DNA of 64,000 nt from Chara braunii (GCA_003427395.1 BFEA01000011.1:4179532-4243531), one strand, 5' to 3'; positions 39,727-53,659 are shown, counted from the stretch's first letter. The notes: generated by a model not told the origin, from the letters alone. Numbers and translations are program-made.

Positions 39727-40304
39727 TAGGACAGAAAAAATGGTGTGTTGACAAAGTTAAACAAACTGATGAGGGTGAGAGTGAAAAAGGGAAAACACTT
39801 AAAAAAAAAAGTCAAAAAAAAATAAAAAAAGCAGTATTCTACTATACTTCTAGTGCAATTAGCAGTCGTCACTTCCAAAGGGGGGTCATTATGGGTATTC
39901 CTCTCTCTTTTTTTTTTTCTTTTTTTTTTTTAAACACGTGAAGCCCCTTCTATTTGGGGGGCCGTCAGTCCGGTTTGACCTCCATTCTTTTTTATTTTTT
40001 AATTATTTTGAGAAAAGCTCTTTGGCAAGCCCTCTATCCCAGCAAAAGCGAGAGAACCGTCGGAATTGACACCTTGGCTGTCATGCTGTCCATTAATGGT
40101 TAACGGGGACCCCTTATTTTCAGGTCCTTCCCAACAAGCCCTCTATGTATGGGTGAGAAGTTCATTAAAAAGGCCTTTTCTTATATTCAATTTGTCTCGG
40201 CCTGCCCCCATCTTCACCTCCATTTTTCTTTTCTCCCCCAGCAGCTACTTCCCCAAAGTGAAACACACACTGGGTAAACAGAAGGGCAGGGGGCTTGCAC
40301 TTAC

Positions 40305-40512
40305 GCGGCCGCAATTGCGAGTAATACTTCTCAAAGCTGTGAGTCCTCATCGGTGATGGCACAATTCCATAAGCTTTTACCGCACACGCTTCCAGGTACA
40401 GCGTCCTTTCGATGATGGCGGCAAGCATCAAGCACACCCGTTGCAAGCAGGGGTTACCAATATCCCCACTCTCTCTTTCTCCAATCTCCAGTAAAATTGC
40501 CATGCATTGGTC
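40305..40512 (-). CDS. NUP188: NUP188-like exon F (DQCMAILLE...RTLYLEACAVK)
   Basis: Boundaries ctgcag|GAC CAA and C|gtaag; 208 nt. Joining to exon E restores the LQ|DQ motif. The terminal exon was not confidently located. Confidence 0.8.
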
Positions 40513-40859
40513 CTGCAGAAGCAGAAACAGAAGTGGGAGCAGGATAGACGTATTTGGTCAGAATCGACTTCAATAGAAAAAGGGCGCTTGCAATCAGCTT
40601 TAAGAATGGGGAAAAGGAAAAAAGATGAAACAAGGCATTTAGTAAGAATCGACTTCAATAGAAAAAAAAGGTGGTTGCAATCAGCTTTAAGAGGGGAAAA
40701 AGAACAAAGATGAAACAAAGGGATTATTAATTTATTAACGACTAAATAAAAGCAAGAGATAAGTCCCCGACTGTCCATAGCTCAGTTGGCACACCCATGA
40801 ACTGTTGAAATACAGACTGGAATTCGAGTCCAGATGCCACCAAATGAATGGAATACACA

Positions 40860-40933
<74 letters not shown>

Positions 40934-41169
40934 TAATATCTCAAGACCAACGAGCCCAGCTCATTTGCTACACCCATGAACCGTTGAAATACAGACCCAT
41001 GTTCAAATCCTGCTGGACGTGGATGAATCGAATAAACCATCCTGAATTACCTAGGTCTGGTCCAAACAATGAAGATATCCCAAGGCCGTTGCCCTTTTTC
41101 GAAAAAAAAGGGACAGGAGGAAAAGTGGAAGAAAAAAAAAAAAAACGAAGGCCAGTGCCCCTTCGAAAG

Positions 41170-41236
41170 GAAAAGAAAAGAAAAGAAAAGAAAAGAAAAG
41201 AAAAGAAAAGAAAAGAAAAGAAAAGAAAAGAAAAAG
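41170..41236. repeat. (GAAAA)n microsatellite
   Basis: Direct reading. Confidence 0.95.
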
Positions 41237-42700
41237 AAGCAAGTTCAATCGACCCGGCAAGGATCCGCTCATGACAAATCATTCATAGGGGAATATTGTG
41301 GCATTTGCCATGAGACACTGCAGTCCTCCCCTTCTTTTTCCCCCTCCACTTCCCTCCTTCCACGTCCTCCCTCCCTCTTTCGCTACCCTCTTACACCATC
41401 TCTCCTCCCTCTCCCGTCTTTTTTTCTGCTTCTTCCTCCGTACTCTTTACCATCTTCCTTCATCCCCTCCTCTTTTCGACTCGGTCATTGAGCTTGTTGT
41501 CGAGGCCACTCAGTCAGCCGAAGCTGCGTGTGAAGCCAGACTCAAACAACCCTTGTGACCGCCACAGGAATGCCGGCGATAACTGTTCTTTTCTCCAGTA
41601 AAGAGAGTGCGGCAAGTGCGCCGCGTCGTGCTAATCTCTTTTCCTTTTTCCTTTGAAAAAAAAAGAAATGAATGACCTTATGGTCACGGGTCCCCATTCT
41701 ATACTGAGGAGCAGCAGCCAACTTGCAGACCCACTTGTGATTCATTTACAAGTCCCGAACTGAGGGGGGCTGACGGCTGTCATCCTTCCCTATGAGCATC
41801 TTATAGAATGGGATGATGGCATTGGTTGTCCCCTCAAGGCTCACTGAAGACCAGCCATGAGTAAGCTCAGTGGAAAAAGCAGATTGAGCAAATAGATGAA
41901 AAAGCACAAGTGCCACAGTACCACAGAGAACAACCAAACATAAAGATAACTACGGTCATGGACGGTTTTCGAGTTTCGACATCCAAATAGAATGCTGGCA
42001 GACATTTCTGTCCCGGCCTGAAGTTTCCAGAACTTAGCTTGCAGAGAAGTCGTGCTGATGATGAAAGGATTTCACGCTGTCTGTGTGTCCCGAGTCTCGG
42101 TCCCAGAGTTCCAAGTCCCTGTCCCATCGGTCCCACCTGGGTCCAGTGCTAGTTGATCCTGGTGGGTTCTAGAATAGGCCCTAGGAGTCCGGTAGATCCT
42201 AGGTCTTGAAGCGTCGCAGGGTCCGTAGTTAGAAGTCGCAAGCCAGTACCTGACAAGGAATCTCTGCCATCCCAAAGTCCAATTTTCAGCAGCATCCTCG
42301 GAAAGTCCGGTAGCTTCCAGAACTGGCAAACTGCAGTTGACAGGCCGCATCGACTGCTACCGGTCCACAGACGACATTGATTCACGTCAGCGGCTATTTA
42401 TAGTTGCTACAGTGCAAGCAGCGGGTCACTTGTCAATTCACATGTTGTGGAAGCTCTGCTGTATCTCTCCTGCGACTTCGAGTTGGACAGTCAGGTGTAG
42501 ACGTAGAAGGAGGGCGAAGGAGAAACGCCATAGCTAGGGTGCAGGAGGAAGATGAAGGCGGCCATAGCTGCAGGGTGGAAGTTGAGGGCGAAGTTGCCCA
42601 GTAGCGGGGTAGCGAGGGTGTATTAAGGGAGGCAGGAGAGCGGTCCAAGGCATAGATAGAAGAACACGATAGTAGTAGGGAGAGAGAGAGGTTGAGCTGT

Positions 42701-42762
<62 letters not shown>

Positions 42763-42791
42763 NNNNNNNNNNNNNNNNNNNNNNNNNNNNN

Positions 42792-42854
<63 letters not shown>

Positions 42855-43605
42855 CGGAGTGTTACGTGTTCGTGATGTCGGCGATAGCGGCCGTTAACAG
42901 CTTGTAAACAATTTCAATTCTGTATAATAATAAAGATATCAGTGGTGTTCTTCTTCTTCGTGCATGCTGATTCAATCGGTGGTGTCTGGTCATGAGTGCT
43001 TGGCGAAGTTTCAGTGTGCTGTGTGATGGGATTTCGGGTTCTTGCAATTCAGGGTTCGTTCCAATGAGTTCTATGAGCAAAAAGGGAGACGGGCCAAGGT
43101 GCAATGAATCAAGGGCCCTGGTCTGTTCGATGACAATGGGCCTCTTCACACCCAGTGAAACGAGAGAAAAAAAAACTGCATCTTACCACAGAAGGTGGCA
43201 AGATACATCTTTTTGTATTTCACAATAACTAATGTATCTTGCACTCTTCCAAGATGCACTCCTTTTTCTTTGTTTCGTTTGCCGTGTGGCAAGGCCCTAT
43301 ACCTTGCACTCTCTCCCTCCCTCCCTCCCTCCCTTTCCAGGTTCTCAGCGAGCTGGGTGTTTGAGATCTTTTTCCCATCCCCCTTTAGTGACCATCGGGG
43401 CCGGGGGGGTTCCAGTTCTCACACTCTGAGACTATATGAACTTCACTGGGTAGTCAGACAGGGTCTTGCTCTTTTGCAGAATTCCTTCAGTTTCTGACAA
43501 CCATTATAGGGGATGCAATTTCCAATTCCGAAATGCTGACATCCCGGGCGAAAATCATCCAATGTATGCAATCTCTGTTTGTTTGTTTGTTTCAAAGGTT
43601 TGCAA

Positions 43606-43643
43606 CTGTCTCTTATACACATCTAGATGTGTATAAGAGACAG
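43606..43643. other. Nextera mate-pair junction adapter (assembly artefact)
   Basis: Exact CTGTCTCTTATACACATCT+AGATGTGTATAAGAGACAG between two identical 182-bp copies. Confidence 0.98.
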
Positions 43644-43959
43644 CTCTGAGACTATATGAACTTCACTGGGTAGTCAGACAGGGTCTTGCTCTTTTGCAGA
43701 ATTCCTTCAGTTTCTGACAACCATTATAGGGGATGCAATTTCCAATTCCGAAATGCTGACATCCCGGGCGAAAATCATCCAATGTATGCAATCTCTGTTT
43801 GTTTGTTTGTTTCAAAGGTTTGCAATCTCAGACTCTGACTTTGTGGACAGCATGTGCCCAGGGATATCATCTGACAAAAGCTCAGGGATCAAAGTTTCTA
43901 CCTCTCACTTTTTCTGCTGGGAGCTGTTAATTTTTATTGGGAAGGGGGCGAACTGTCCT

Positions 43960-44179
43960 TTAAACCACCACTAGCTTTCCCAGCGAGCGTGGAGAATCGA
44001 AAACGTCACATTCCAGGTTCTTTGGATGAACAGTGCCACCAGACCACAGTAGCTGGCAGGGCCAGACAAAAGAAAAAGAAAAAACACTGCACTGGCGCTT
44101 TGACAAAGCTTGGCGCGCAGTTCTTTTCCGCCTCGCAGCCTCGACAAAAAAAAGAGGCTCAGAGGTAGTGGTGATTTAA
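43960..44179. mobile_element. TTAA-flanked MITE
   Basis: ttaa|accaccacta...tagtggtgat|ttaa; related copies at 54762-54973, 58842-59017, 54514-54632 and 39409-39726. Confidence 0.7.
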
Positions 44180-44481
44180 AAGAGTGTCTGAAGCTCCCTT
44201 TCAAGCCCATAAACGAGGACCAGAAATACAGGACCAGACCCACTGGACTATGTTAGCAAATCTGACAGTCACAGTCAGATGATAGCAATCAACTCCAGAG
44301 TCCAAACAACATGAACTTAGTTTAAAAAAGAAAGAAGAAAAAAAAAAGAAAAAAAAGAGCTTAGTTTTGAAACTCACACATAGACACAGCTCAGTTGGAT
44401 TTTCCCTTCAGTAGAGGGTGGTGGTGTGGACGAAAGGGCCGGTGAGGATGGAAGGGCAGGAGCGGGCAGATCACACAATAC

Positions 44482-46365
44482 CTGCAATGCGTGAAGAACT
44501 TCAGGTGAGGGGAGCTCTGGAAACTGTGAATAGTCATAGTGACCTCTCTCTTCCATTGTGGACAGCGGCTCCTGTGCAAGCATGCACAGAAATTTTAGGA
44601 TGAGCAGCGCCAGGCGATAAACATGGATTGCCAAATCATCCGAGTACTGGCTTGGTCTAGCGGAGTCCTCCTTCCTGTTTCCAACCTTATCGGTGCCCAT
44701 TTCCCCAGTTGTGCTATTGCGAATGACAATTGCTGTGGAAGATGGTCCGTTGAATGAATGGGTTCGACTCATGCTGAGTGTTTCCCCTCTCTTCACACTT
44801 GGGATTGGTGTTGGGACAGGTGCCTTCAGTGCTCTTGCCCTGGAAGCAGAACTGGCTGAGACTCGTGTGGCACCCACTTCACAGATAAAGAACCATCCCT
44901 TCTTGCTGCCAACTAGTCCATCGCGCTTGGTCGCCATACGCTCTTCCCTGGAATTTGGGGTGCAGCTGAGACCTGGAGCCCCGGCACCTGCACCCTTGCC
45001 CAACCGTCCAGCACCCTCACGAGCGATGTACGCAAGAACCCTCATACACCCTTGCTTGAAGGCATCCTGTGACCCAGGTAACAGATGAGTCCATCGCGCG
45101 GTGTGACGTGCCATCCCACAAAGCAGCAAGACAACCCGCTCTGTCCTTCCCAAGGAAGCCATGGACGTGCAAACCCATGGTTCGAACCCTGCTGACGCAC
45201 CATGCCCTCCTCTGGAGCTTGCGCTTCCTAGAGCTTCTCTACCCTTGCTGATAGTCGCTGCAGGCACAACATGGAAGGCTGAAAGGAGGAGATCAGAATG
45301 GGTACCAACAAAGTCGAGAGCATGCTCGACAACGCCGACAGACTCCTCTTTGCCCTCTAGCGTGTCCAGCACAGATGCAACAATCGAGATGGTCAGTTGC
45401 CATTCTCCCTCCCGCTCTGCCTCCGGCCTGATGCCAGAGAATGGACCTTCTATTGACTCCGGTGTAAGCCACTGCTTCCTCTCCATTGCTTGGACAAACT
45501 TGCTCAGCTTCTTTATGATTTGCACATCCTGGAGAAGACGAGCACCTTCCTCCATCTGCGTCATGGACAAGAAGAACCCCAGGACCGAGTCGTCAAACTG
45601 CCGCGGTGATCCTATTAGGAGCCTACCGATGATGTCCGGGAACGAAAAGTGGCGGCTGACAATCGGAAGCCACGTTGGCGGTGCCAAATAGTTCCGGCAA
45701 AGTAAATTGATGATCGCAATCGACAAGCTTGAGTAGTCCTTATTAAACGCCGAGAGACAAAGGAGTGGAAGCGCACTCAACCCATTAAGAATGACCTCGG
45801 CATATGCGTCAGTTGCATCCATTCCACAGTCCATAGCATTCTCGTGCAATCCCTTGTTCTCTCCGTTTCCCGATTCCCCCATTGACGAGCGCAAATGCTC
45901 GAGCACTAGCAGGAAGGCTGAAAGCAACGGGATCACTGACTCCTTCTCCTCCCTCCTGAAGCTGCCTTGGCTGGCCGCATGCACCTTCAACCCAAGTACA
46001 GCTGTCTTCACAACCTGAGCGCACAAGGCGACTCCAGCAGCATCAATGCTTCCCCTTTCCTCAGTAGGCATGGGCCCCTTCCCCCTGTAAGACTTAACTC
46101 TGCTGTCGTTTGGCTGCACAATTGCCAATGCAAGAGATTCCGAGGGTCCTTGTTCCGTCCGTCTGGCCATTGGGCACCACAATCTGAGGAACACAACCAG
46201 CAATCTTGCTTGTGCCGCAGTGATGGAATGAAGGTACCCATGACAAACTGCCGCAGACCCTATTGCTCGAGAGGAATGCTCCAATGCTTTGCACAGCTCA
46301 TGAATAGAGTCTGCAATATCTTTCAACTTCCAGGAGTCTGCATCTGGTCCCGAACTGCACCGTAT
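44482..46365 (-). CDS. NUP188: NUP188-like large exon E
   Basis: 1884 nt open (628 codons), boundaries tgcag|ATA and CAG|gtatt. Ends FPELPSPEVLHALQ, typical of the plant Nup188 C-terminal region. Confidence 0.88.
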
Positions 46366-47329
46366 CTGCATAAATATGACAGGCAAAGACACTATCAGTC
46401 CAGCCCAACCGTGGCCCGCTGCGATTCAAAGGCTACCTCAAAGGACAAACAAACAAGTTCATGAAAGTAAGGCATGCAAAATCAGCAACCCCCTCTTCAT
46501 CGCTAATTTAGAAGACATTGTTTCTGGCAAAAACTGCCAGCACAGCTCCACGCGTGCTAATATGGGGGGTCTTCGTTGAACATAGAACAGTTGGTAAACT
46601 GAGCCAAGTTGGTTGGGTGATAAGGAACGCTGTTCAACGGCGTGTTGAGTTTGAATTGTGTGAAAGCGAGGCCAGAAAAGTGCATTGTATAGCATAGCAG
46701 CTGCAAACGGGACTGATGCAAAGAAGGAAGTGATTGGGCAGCTGTGTGTGTCTGTGTGGGTGTGTGTGGGTGCGTGTGTGTGTGCGTGTGGGTGCGTGTG
46801 TGTGTGTGCATGTGCATGTGCGTGTGTGTGNNNNNNNNNNNNNNNNNNNNNNNNNNNNNNNNNNNNNNNNNNNNNNNNNNNNNNNNNNNNNNNNNNNNNN
46901 NNNNNNNNNNNNNNNNNNNNNNNNNNNNNNNNNNNNNNNNNNNNNNNNNNNNNNNNNNNNNNNNNNNNNNNNNNNNNNNNNNNNNNNNNNNNNNNNNNNN
47001 NNNNNNNNNNNNNNNNNNNNNNNNNNNNNNNNNNNNNNNNNNNNNNNNNNNNNNNNNNNNNNNNNNNNNNNNNNNNNNNNNNNNNNNNNNNNNNNNNNNN
47101 NNNNNNNNNNNNNNNNNNNNNNNNNNNNNNNNNNNNNNNNNNNNNNNNNNNNNNNNNNNNNNNNNNNNNNNNNNNNNNNNNNNNNNNNNNNNNNNNNNNN
47201 NNNNNNNNNNNNNNNNNNNNNNNNNNNNNNNNNNNNNNNNNNNNNNNNNNNNNNNNNNNNNNNNNNNNNNNNNNNNNNNNNNNNNNNNNNNNNNNNNNNN
47301 NNNNNNNNNNNNNNNNNNNNNNNNNNNNN

Positions 47330-47410
<81 letters not shown>

Positions 47411-49308
47411 ATTGAAACTGACCCTTCAAGGAGCACTTCATTGACTCTGCGGAGACAGTGGAGGTATATTTGTCTTGAGCATTGCAAGAGTAGCAACCAC
47501 ATGACAGGGGAAGTGTAATGAGCCTCAAAGCTCACCACACGATAGTGTGCTCACACCAGCATGTATATCACACAGATTGCATTGTCATACATTGCACAAA
47601 GAGAAGATGAGTAGTAGACCAGATAGCGCAACTCAAATATCACAACCAGATTATAGAGAGAGGATCAAAAGTTTAACTGTCCAACGCTCAACAAGATTAC
47701 AAGTCTTCTTCGATCATCAAGAGTCTCAGCATCTGTGCTCATCAGCGCTTGTTACCAACACCAAGTTCAACACCCTTGAGGTAAGTATATACTATAGCTC
47801 ACTCTCTCTCCCTCTTATCTCTCTCTCACTTGATGGTTCTGGTCTTCTGGTCTTCTTCTTCTCTCATATGCGCACTCCCTACTACTAACACACTCATGAG
47901 GATCAACTCTGAATACCACTCACTGCTCTACTACTACTAACTACTAACTACATTGCCTCCCTGTGCTGGCGCAGCTATGGCTGCCTTCTTCCCTGCCAGC
48001 GTCCACCTTCCTCTCTTTTTCATCTCACTCAGCGCTGCTCTCTGGCATAGCTCAGCTCTCTCACATCTGGCGCACAAGTGCACTAGCACTTCCACACTCT
48101 CATGCGAATGAACATCTGCCAAATGGGAGGCTGGCCAGTCTTTTGTAATGTTAGACTGGTCTTGGCTGGGCCAGCCTCTGGCCGAATTCCCTGGTACCGC
48201 ATGCCCACTGCCTGTTTGTTGCGAAGTGTGAGTCCCAGTACCTTTCCCATGGTCTGCTGCTGCTGTGGCCTTTCGGGCCTGCCTTTTGGACTTCTGGTCT
48301 GACTCAAGATGTGACCTCTCTCTGCTGAACAGACGTGACCCCTACTCAGCCTCAGATTTGACTGTTCGCACAGGACCTAGATGTGACTTTTGCAAAATGA
48401 CTTTTCATTTCAGTCTGGACGCGACATTGCCTTAGGAAAACTTGTCTTTAGGAATGCTGATTGACAACTCCAGGTTTTGGCCGACTGGGCCCCTTTATGT
48501 TGTGGTTGTGACTCAAGGTCTGAATCGTGAAAGCCCTTTTAGAAGAAGGACGCCGGGCAGTAATCAAACCAAGACGGCTTCTAAGGCTCTCCTAAACCAA
48601 TCCGGCCCCTGGCCCATCAATCATATGTCTGCATTCATTGACCCTCCAGCAACAACTTACACCATTCAAAACAACGGGCTTCCAGTCCTCAATGGTATGC
48701 GAATTTGCCAGTCATGTCCAATCTACATCTCAAATGTCGGTCAATCGGGCAGACAGTCTGCATTTTGTTGGTAAAAAATGGCCATTGTCATGCTCCCAAA
48801 ATCATCAAATTAATTTCTTGCACAATGATTGGATTTCCTTGGGGACCAGGCAGGCAGGTGCAGTACAGGCCTGTATGGCAAAGGAGAGGAACAGGACAAG
48901 CATGGCACCGGTTACGGATATTCAACACGGGACAAGGGAGATACCTTGTTCTTTCTTTTTTCTTTTTTTCAATCGGACAGTTTTTTGACTGCCCTTTTTT
49001 TTTTTTTTTTTTTACTGCTGGTCTGTGTCACCGTGAATGCGAAGATGATTCCTGTGAAAAGGGTTGTTTGTAGTGTGAACTTGTTTCCTTTTTTTTTCTT
49101 CTTTTTTTCTCCTTTTGTAAGTTTTTAAACTTTTTTTAAGCTTTTTTTCCCTTTTTTCTTTTTTTAAATCTTTTTCGTATCCTTTTTGCATCTTATTTTA
49201 TCTTTTTTTTGGAAAACAAAATCCCTTCTTTCTTGAATTTGAAGATTGTTTCAATGGGAGTGAGGTGGATGGAATAACTTTTCTCAGCTCTCTGCTTTCA
49301 CAGCTCAC

Positions 49309-49723
49309 CTCGCCGCGACAATCAAACATGGCTACAGCCATCACCGCCTCCCAGGCATTTAGCGCCAATAACTGGGCATTGCTTGCTGACAAGACTGCAT
49401 TTGCTCTTCGCATAGACCTTAGTGTACCCTCCACAACTGTCCCGGAAACTACCTGCTGTGGCACTTCAATCCACCACTCATAGCCAAGCCAGCTGGAGAT
49501 CACTTCGACATCATAGCAGAATCGGTCACCATACAGGGGATGTCTGCGTGACGATGGCCCTTTTGCTGAAGACACATTCTTCAGCAGACTGTAGGAATCT
49601 TTGAGCAGATCCGACAGCTCACGGAAGGCACCCGGTGGTACCTCCCTGCCACCCTCCAGTTCTCCGCACAGGTGATGATAAACGTCGCTCATCACCAGTG
49701 CTTCGGCAGTCATTCCTCTCTTA
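49309..49723 (-). CDS. NUP188: NUP188-like exon D
   Basis: Boundaries tgcag|T AAG and GAG|gtgag; 415 nt, phase 2 to 0. LVMSDVYHHLCGELEGGREVPPGAFRELS resembles plant Nup188 LILSDLYYHLQGELEGR.IP.GPFKEL. Confidence 0.85.
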
Positions 49724-49988
49724 CTGCAGATTGTCACAGGCAAGACAAAGATGAGGTGAGATATCACACAACACACATGCAATCAACGATCGATACAAAC
49801 GACCAATGATCGAAGTCCAGATGATGGCATGACTGATGTGATGTTCGAGGTGGTGACTGATGCAATATCACACACAGGCAAGACAAAAAGACAAATGACA
49901 GGAGATGTCAGCATCACTGATGTGATGATCGAGGTGGTGGCTGCTGTAATGATTAACAGAACAGATTGTGCTACGTCTTTTTTTTCCC

Positions 49989-50046
<58 letters not shown>

Positions 50047-50361
50047 NNNNNNNNNNNNNNNNNNNNNNNNNNNNNNNNNNNNNNNNNNNNNNNNNNNNNN
50101 NNNNNNNNNNNNNNNNNNNNNNNNNNNNNNNNNNNNNNNNNNNNNNNNNNNNNNNNNNNNNNNNNNNNNNNNNNNNNNNNNNNNNNNNNNNNNNNNNNNN
50201 NNNNNNNNNNNNNNNNNNNNNNNNNNNNNNNNNNNNNNNNNNNNNNNNNNNNNNNNNNNNNNNNNNNNNNNNNNNNNNNNNNNNNNNNNNNNNNNNNNNN
50301 NNNNNNNNNNNNNNNNNNNNNNNNNNNNNNNNNNNNNNNNNNNNNNNNNNNNNNNNNNNNN

Positions 50362-50404
<43 letters not shown>

Positions 50405-50422
50405 TCCTTTTTTTTTTTGTAA

Positions 50423-50496
50423 GTGTGGCATCCTTTCATAGGGCCCATGCTAATCTTCTCTGTACCATTCCAATTCTAACGGATGTCCAAAAGCAC
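50423..50496 (-). pseudogene. U6: U6 snRNA retrocopy
   Basis: Reverse complement GGACATCCGTTAGAATTGGAATGGTACAGAGAAGATTAGCATGGGCCC...GGATGCCAC with a poly(A) tail. Confidence 0.88.
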
Positions 50497-50619
50497 AGAT
50501 TGGTGGTACTTTCGGGCACGAGGTGACGACGACGTGTATATTCCATGACCAACATAGCGAGATCACGAGACTCATATTCGAACCTCAGGATGCTTTTCGG
50601 ACTTTATCTTCATCTCTTG

Positions 50620-51977
50620 CTAGGCTACCAGAGTGGCCCGGGACCACTTGCCTGTCCGGTCCAAAAAAACATAAAAAAAAATAAAAAATAAAAAAAATAG
50701 TTTTCTCCTAGGAAGATTTTCATGCCCGAACCTTTTCTTTTTTTTTTGGGGGGGGGGAAGAATTTCGATTTGATCCTGAGGCAAAAGTTGTTCAGTTCAT
50801 TTTTCTGCATAACATAGTGTTTTTTTTTTTGTTTTTTTTTTTTCGGTTGCTAGTGCAATCAGACGCGCTTTCTTTCCACTCCGCACTCATGCAAACAGAT
50901 GGTGAGTCACACTGGCGCACAGGGCCCACTCAAAGCTCAGAGATATGGAAGTCGAAAACACAGTTCAGATACAAGCTCGCTTCAACAGGATATGGCACAT
51001 CAGCGCCTGTACACTCCAACTCTCGTCTCTCTGTCTAACACCACTGTTCGCACTTACTTAACTCCGGATCACCCTGGATATCCCGCACGCATACACACAC
51101 CCTCGTACACACACACTCCTTCAGCCAGNTCTAACACCACTGTTCGCACTTACTTAACTCCGGATCACCCTGGATATCCCGCACGCATACACACACCCTC
51201 GTACACACACACTCCTTCAGCCAGGCTAACTATCTCCTTCAGCCCACTTCGTCTTTGGCTATGGCTAACTATCTCCTTCAGCCCACTTCGTCTTTGGGCA
51301 CTCTGCAGACAACCTCGCACAAGACGCTCAAGAAAGCGCTTCCGCATGGCTTACACAGGAATTAATGAATGGCTGGGCGCTGCCTCTTAATTTATACTTC
51401 TGTTCGCTGCTGGCCTGCCCCTTTCCACCAGGCCCATGGTGCACACAGTCCCTCATGGCACTTGTTGACCGGACTCAGTGAGACTGGGACTGTGTACCAC
51501 TGACTCAGCAAGGGTGGACTTCACCACTTGCCCACTTGCCTCTAGTCTACTGTGAGCAACGTTGGAAGGGCCACTTCTGGACCTTCCGTAAGTCTGTGGA
51601 CTTGGCCCTTCGACACTGTAGCAGCTACGACCTTGACCTTTCAGGACTGTAGCAGCTACGAACTTGACCTTTCAGAGGAGCTACAGACTTCTAGAACTCA
51701 CTAAGTCCTCTATCCGACAGGTCTACAGATCGAACCCCTACCACCTACGGACCTACGACAGCCTACCAACTGTTGCGAATACACAGGTCACGGGTAACTC
51801 TCAGGGTCGACACAGGTACTGTACACAGGTAAGGTAAGAACTAGGGATCGAGCCCTGGGATCTGCATTCGCTACTGCTAACAGGTGAATACCGTTTCACT
51901 AGTACCTTCCCTGGTCTTTTCACAGTAGGGCCGCCCGGGAAAATAGTGTGACCCAGGCGGCCCGGATGGTAGCCTAG
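50620..51977. mobile_element. Same hAT-like MITE family, interrupted by the family A solo LTR
   Basis: TIR ctaggctacca/tggtagcctag; both arms match 59673-59997. Confidence 0.7.
50854..51898. mobile_element. Solo LTR, family A
   Basis: TG...CA ends, 4-bp TSD ctag; homologous to 52525-53487 and, inverted, to 37047-39254. Confidence 0.75.
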
Positions 51978-52524
51978 ATCTGGGAGACGGACTTTCTTCT
52001 CTTCTCTCTCCAGATAAAATTGAGTCTAGAGAGTGGGTAAGTAACCAAGGTAATACCCCGCCCGCCAAATCCAACCATCCCAGCTCTTATCTAGACTGAA
52101 CCCTTAGTGAGTTCAAAAGACCGGCAAATCAACTGACTACCACGTATCCATTGTTTCTCAAGTATTGCAGGTGATGTAGTCTGGTGGTCATCACAGAGTG
52201 GTAACAGTTCTTGTAAGTAGCTAGTAGTCGAATACATACATAGAAAAATGCACCCTGAGTAGGGGGGTTAAGCAGTTTGGAACTTTGGACCATACTTGCG
52301 GCGCAACATTGCAGTGCGCCGTGCGCCATGCGCCGTGCGGTGCACGCCATGCGCGCCACGCCACACACATAACGAGCATAGATGCAGCACGCTGGGTTGC
52401 ATGCCACTGCAACTGTTGCAAACACTTTTTATTTATTTATTAGAATTAGTCTCTCTTTTTTTGTTTTGTGGGTGTGTGTGCGTGTGAGACCATGCGTGTG
52501 ATGCTGTAGCCGACCTCATGTCTC

Positions 52525-53487
52525 TGCAATCAGACTCGCTTTCTTCTTCACTTCGCATACATGCTAACAGATGGCAATTCACACTGGCGCCAAGCGCCCA
52601 CTCAAAGCTCAGAGATGGAAAACGAGAACACAGTTCAGACGCAAACTCGCTTCAACAGGCTATGTCGCATCAGCGCCTGTACATCCCAACTCTCGTCACT
52701 GTGTCCAACACCACTGTTCGCACACACTCAACTAGAGATCACCCTGAATACCCCACACGTGCTCACTGCATTACACACACGTACACACACTCTAACATCT
52801 ACCGCTAGCGGCGCCGGCTACTACTAACTATGGCACACTAACTTGTCCAAGCCCACTTCGACCTCGGGCACCTGCAGACCACCTCGCACAAGACGCTCGG
52901 GCAGCGCTTCGGCATGGCTCACGCAGGAATGAATGAATGGCTGCACGCTGCCTCTTGATTTATACTTCTGCGTTGGTCTGCCCTTTTCCGCCGGGCCCAT
53001 GGTGCACACAGTCCCTCATGGTACTTGCTGACTGTACAAAGTGAGACTGGGACTGGGTACCACTGACTAAGCGAAGTTGGACTCACCACTTGCCCACTTG
53101 CCTCTGGTCTGCTGTGTATAACGTGAGAAGAAACTTGAAAGGCCACTTCCGGACCATCCGGAAGTTTGCGGACTTGGCCTTTCAGGACTGTAGCAACTAC
53201 GACCTTGACCTTTCAGGACTGTAGCAGCTACGACCTTGACCTTTCAGAACTTCAACGACTATGACCCCTATGCAGGTATGACCCCTACTTCGACAGGTCT
53301 AAGGTTCAAGACCCAACAACTACTCAGACCTACGACAGACAACTTTCAACTACTAACACACAGGTCACGGGTTCAAGACACACAGGGTCGACTTGATACT
53401 ATACACAGGGAAGGTAAGGTGAGGTAAGGTCTGGGGATCGAGCCCTGAGATCCGCATCTGTGACTGCAAAAGGTGAAAATCGTTTCT
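52525..53487. mobile_element. Solo LTR, family A
   Basis: End-to-end similarity to 50854-51898; no TSD seen. Confidence 0.65.
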
Positions 53488-53502
53488 GTATGATTTTGTG
53501 AC

Positions 53503-53659
53503 TTGTGCTTGTCATCCGCACAGGGCCTCTTCTCTGTAGCTTTCCAGTTTTTCAAGATATATGTGTGTCATCCTTGCGCAGGGGTCTCTGTATCGTTCCA
53601 ATTTCAATGGCTGTCCCGGAAACATATCTTTTCAGTTTCAACAGATGTCCCGAAAGACA
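53503..53659 (-). pseudogene. U6: Cluster of three partial or degenerate U6 fragments
   Basis: GTCTTTCGGGACATCTGTTG; AATTGGAACGATACAGAGA-CCCCTGCGCAAGGATGACAC (internal deletion); and a more decayed third copy. Confidence 0.75.

Noticed and set aside
42056-43150. Further LTR-like segments (also about 47546-48372, 56508-57027 and 3487-4140)
   Set aside because: Their composition resembles solo LTRs, but termini and TSDs could not be fixed by eye.
43606-43643. Genuine Tn5/IS50 insertion
   Set aside because: It is the synthetic mosaic-end junction with no transposase.
51035-51223. Perfect tandem duplications around a single N (also at 26086 and 25428)
   Set aside because: Typical unmerged contig overlaps, not biological repeats.
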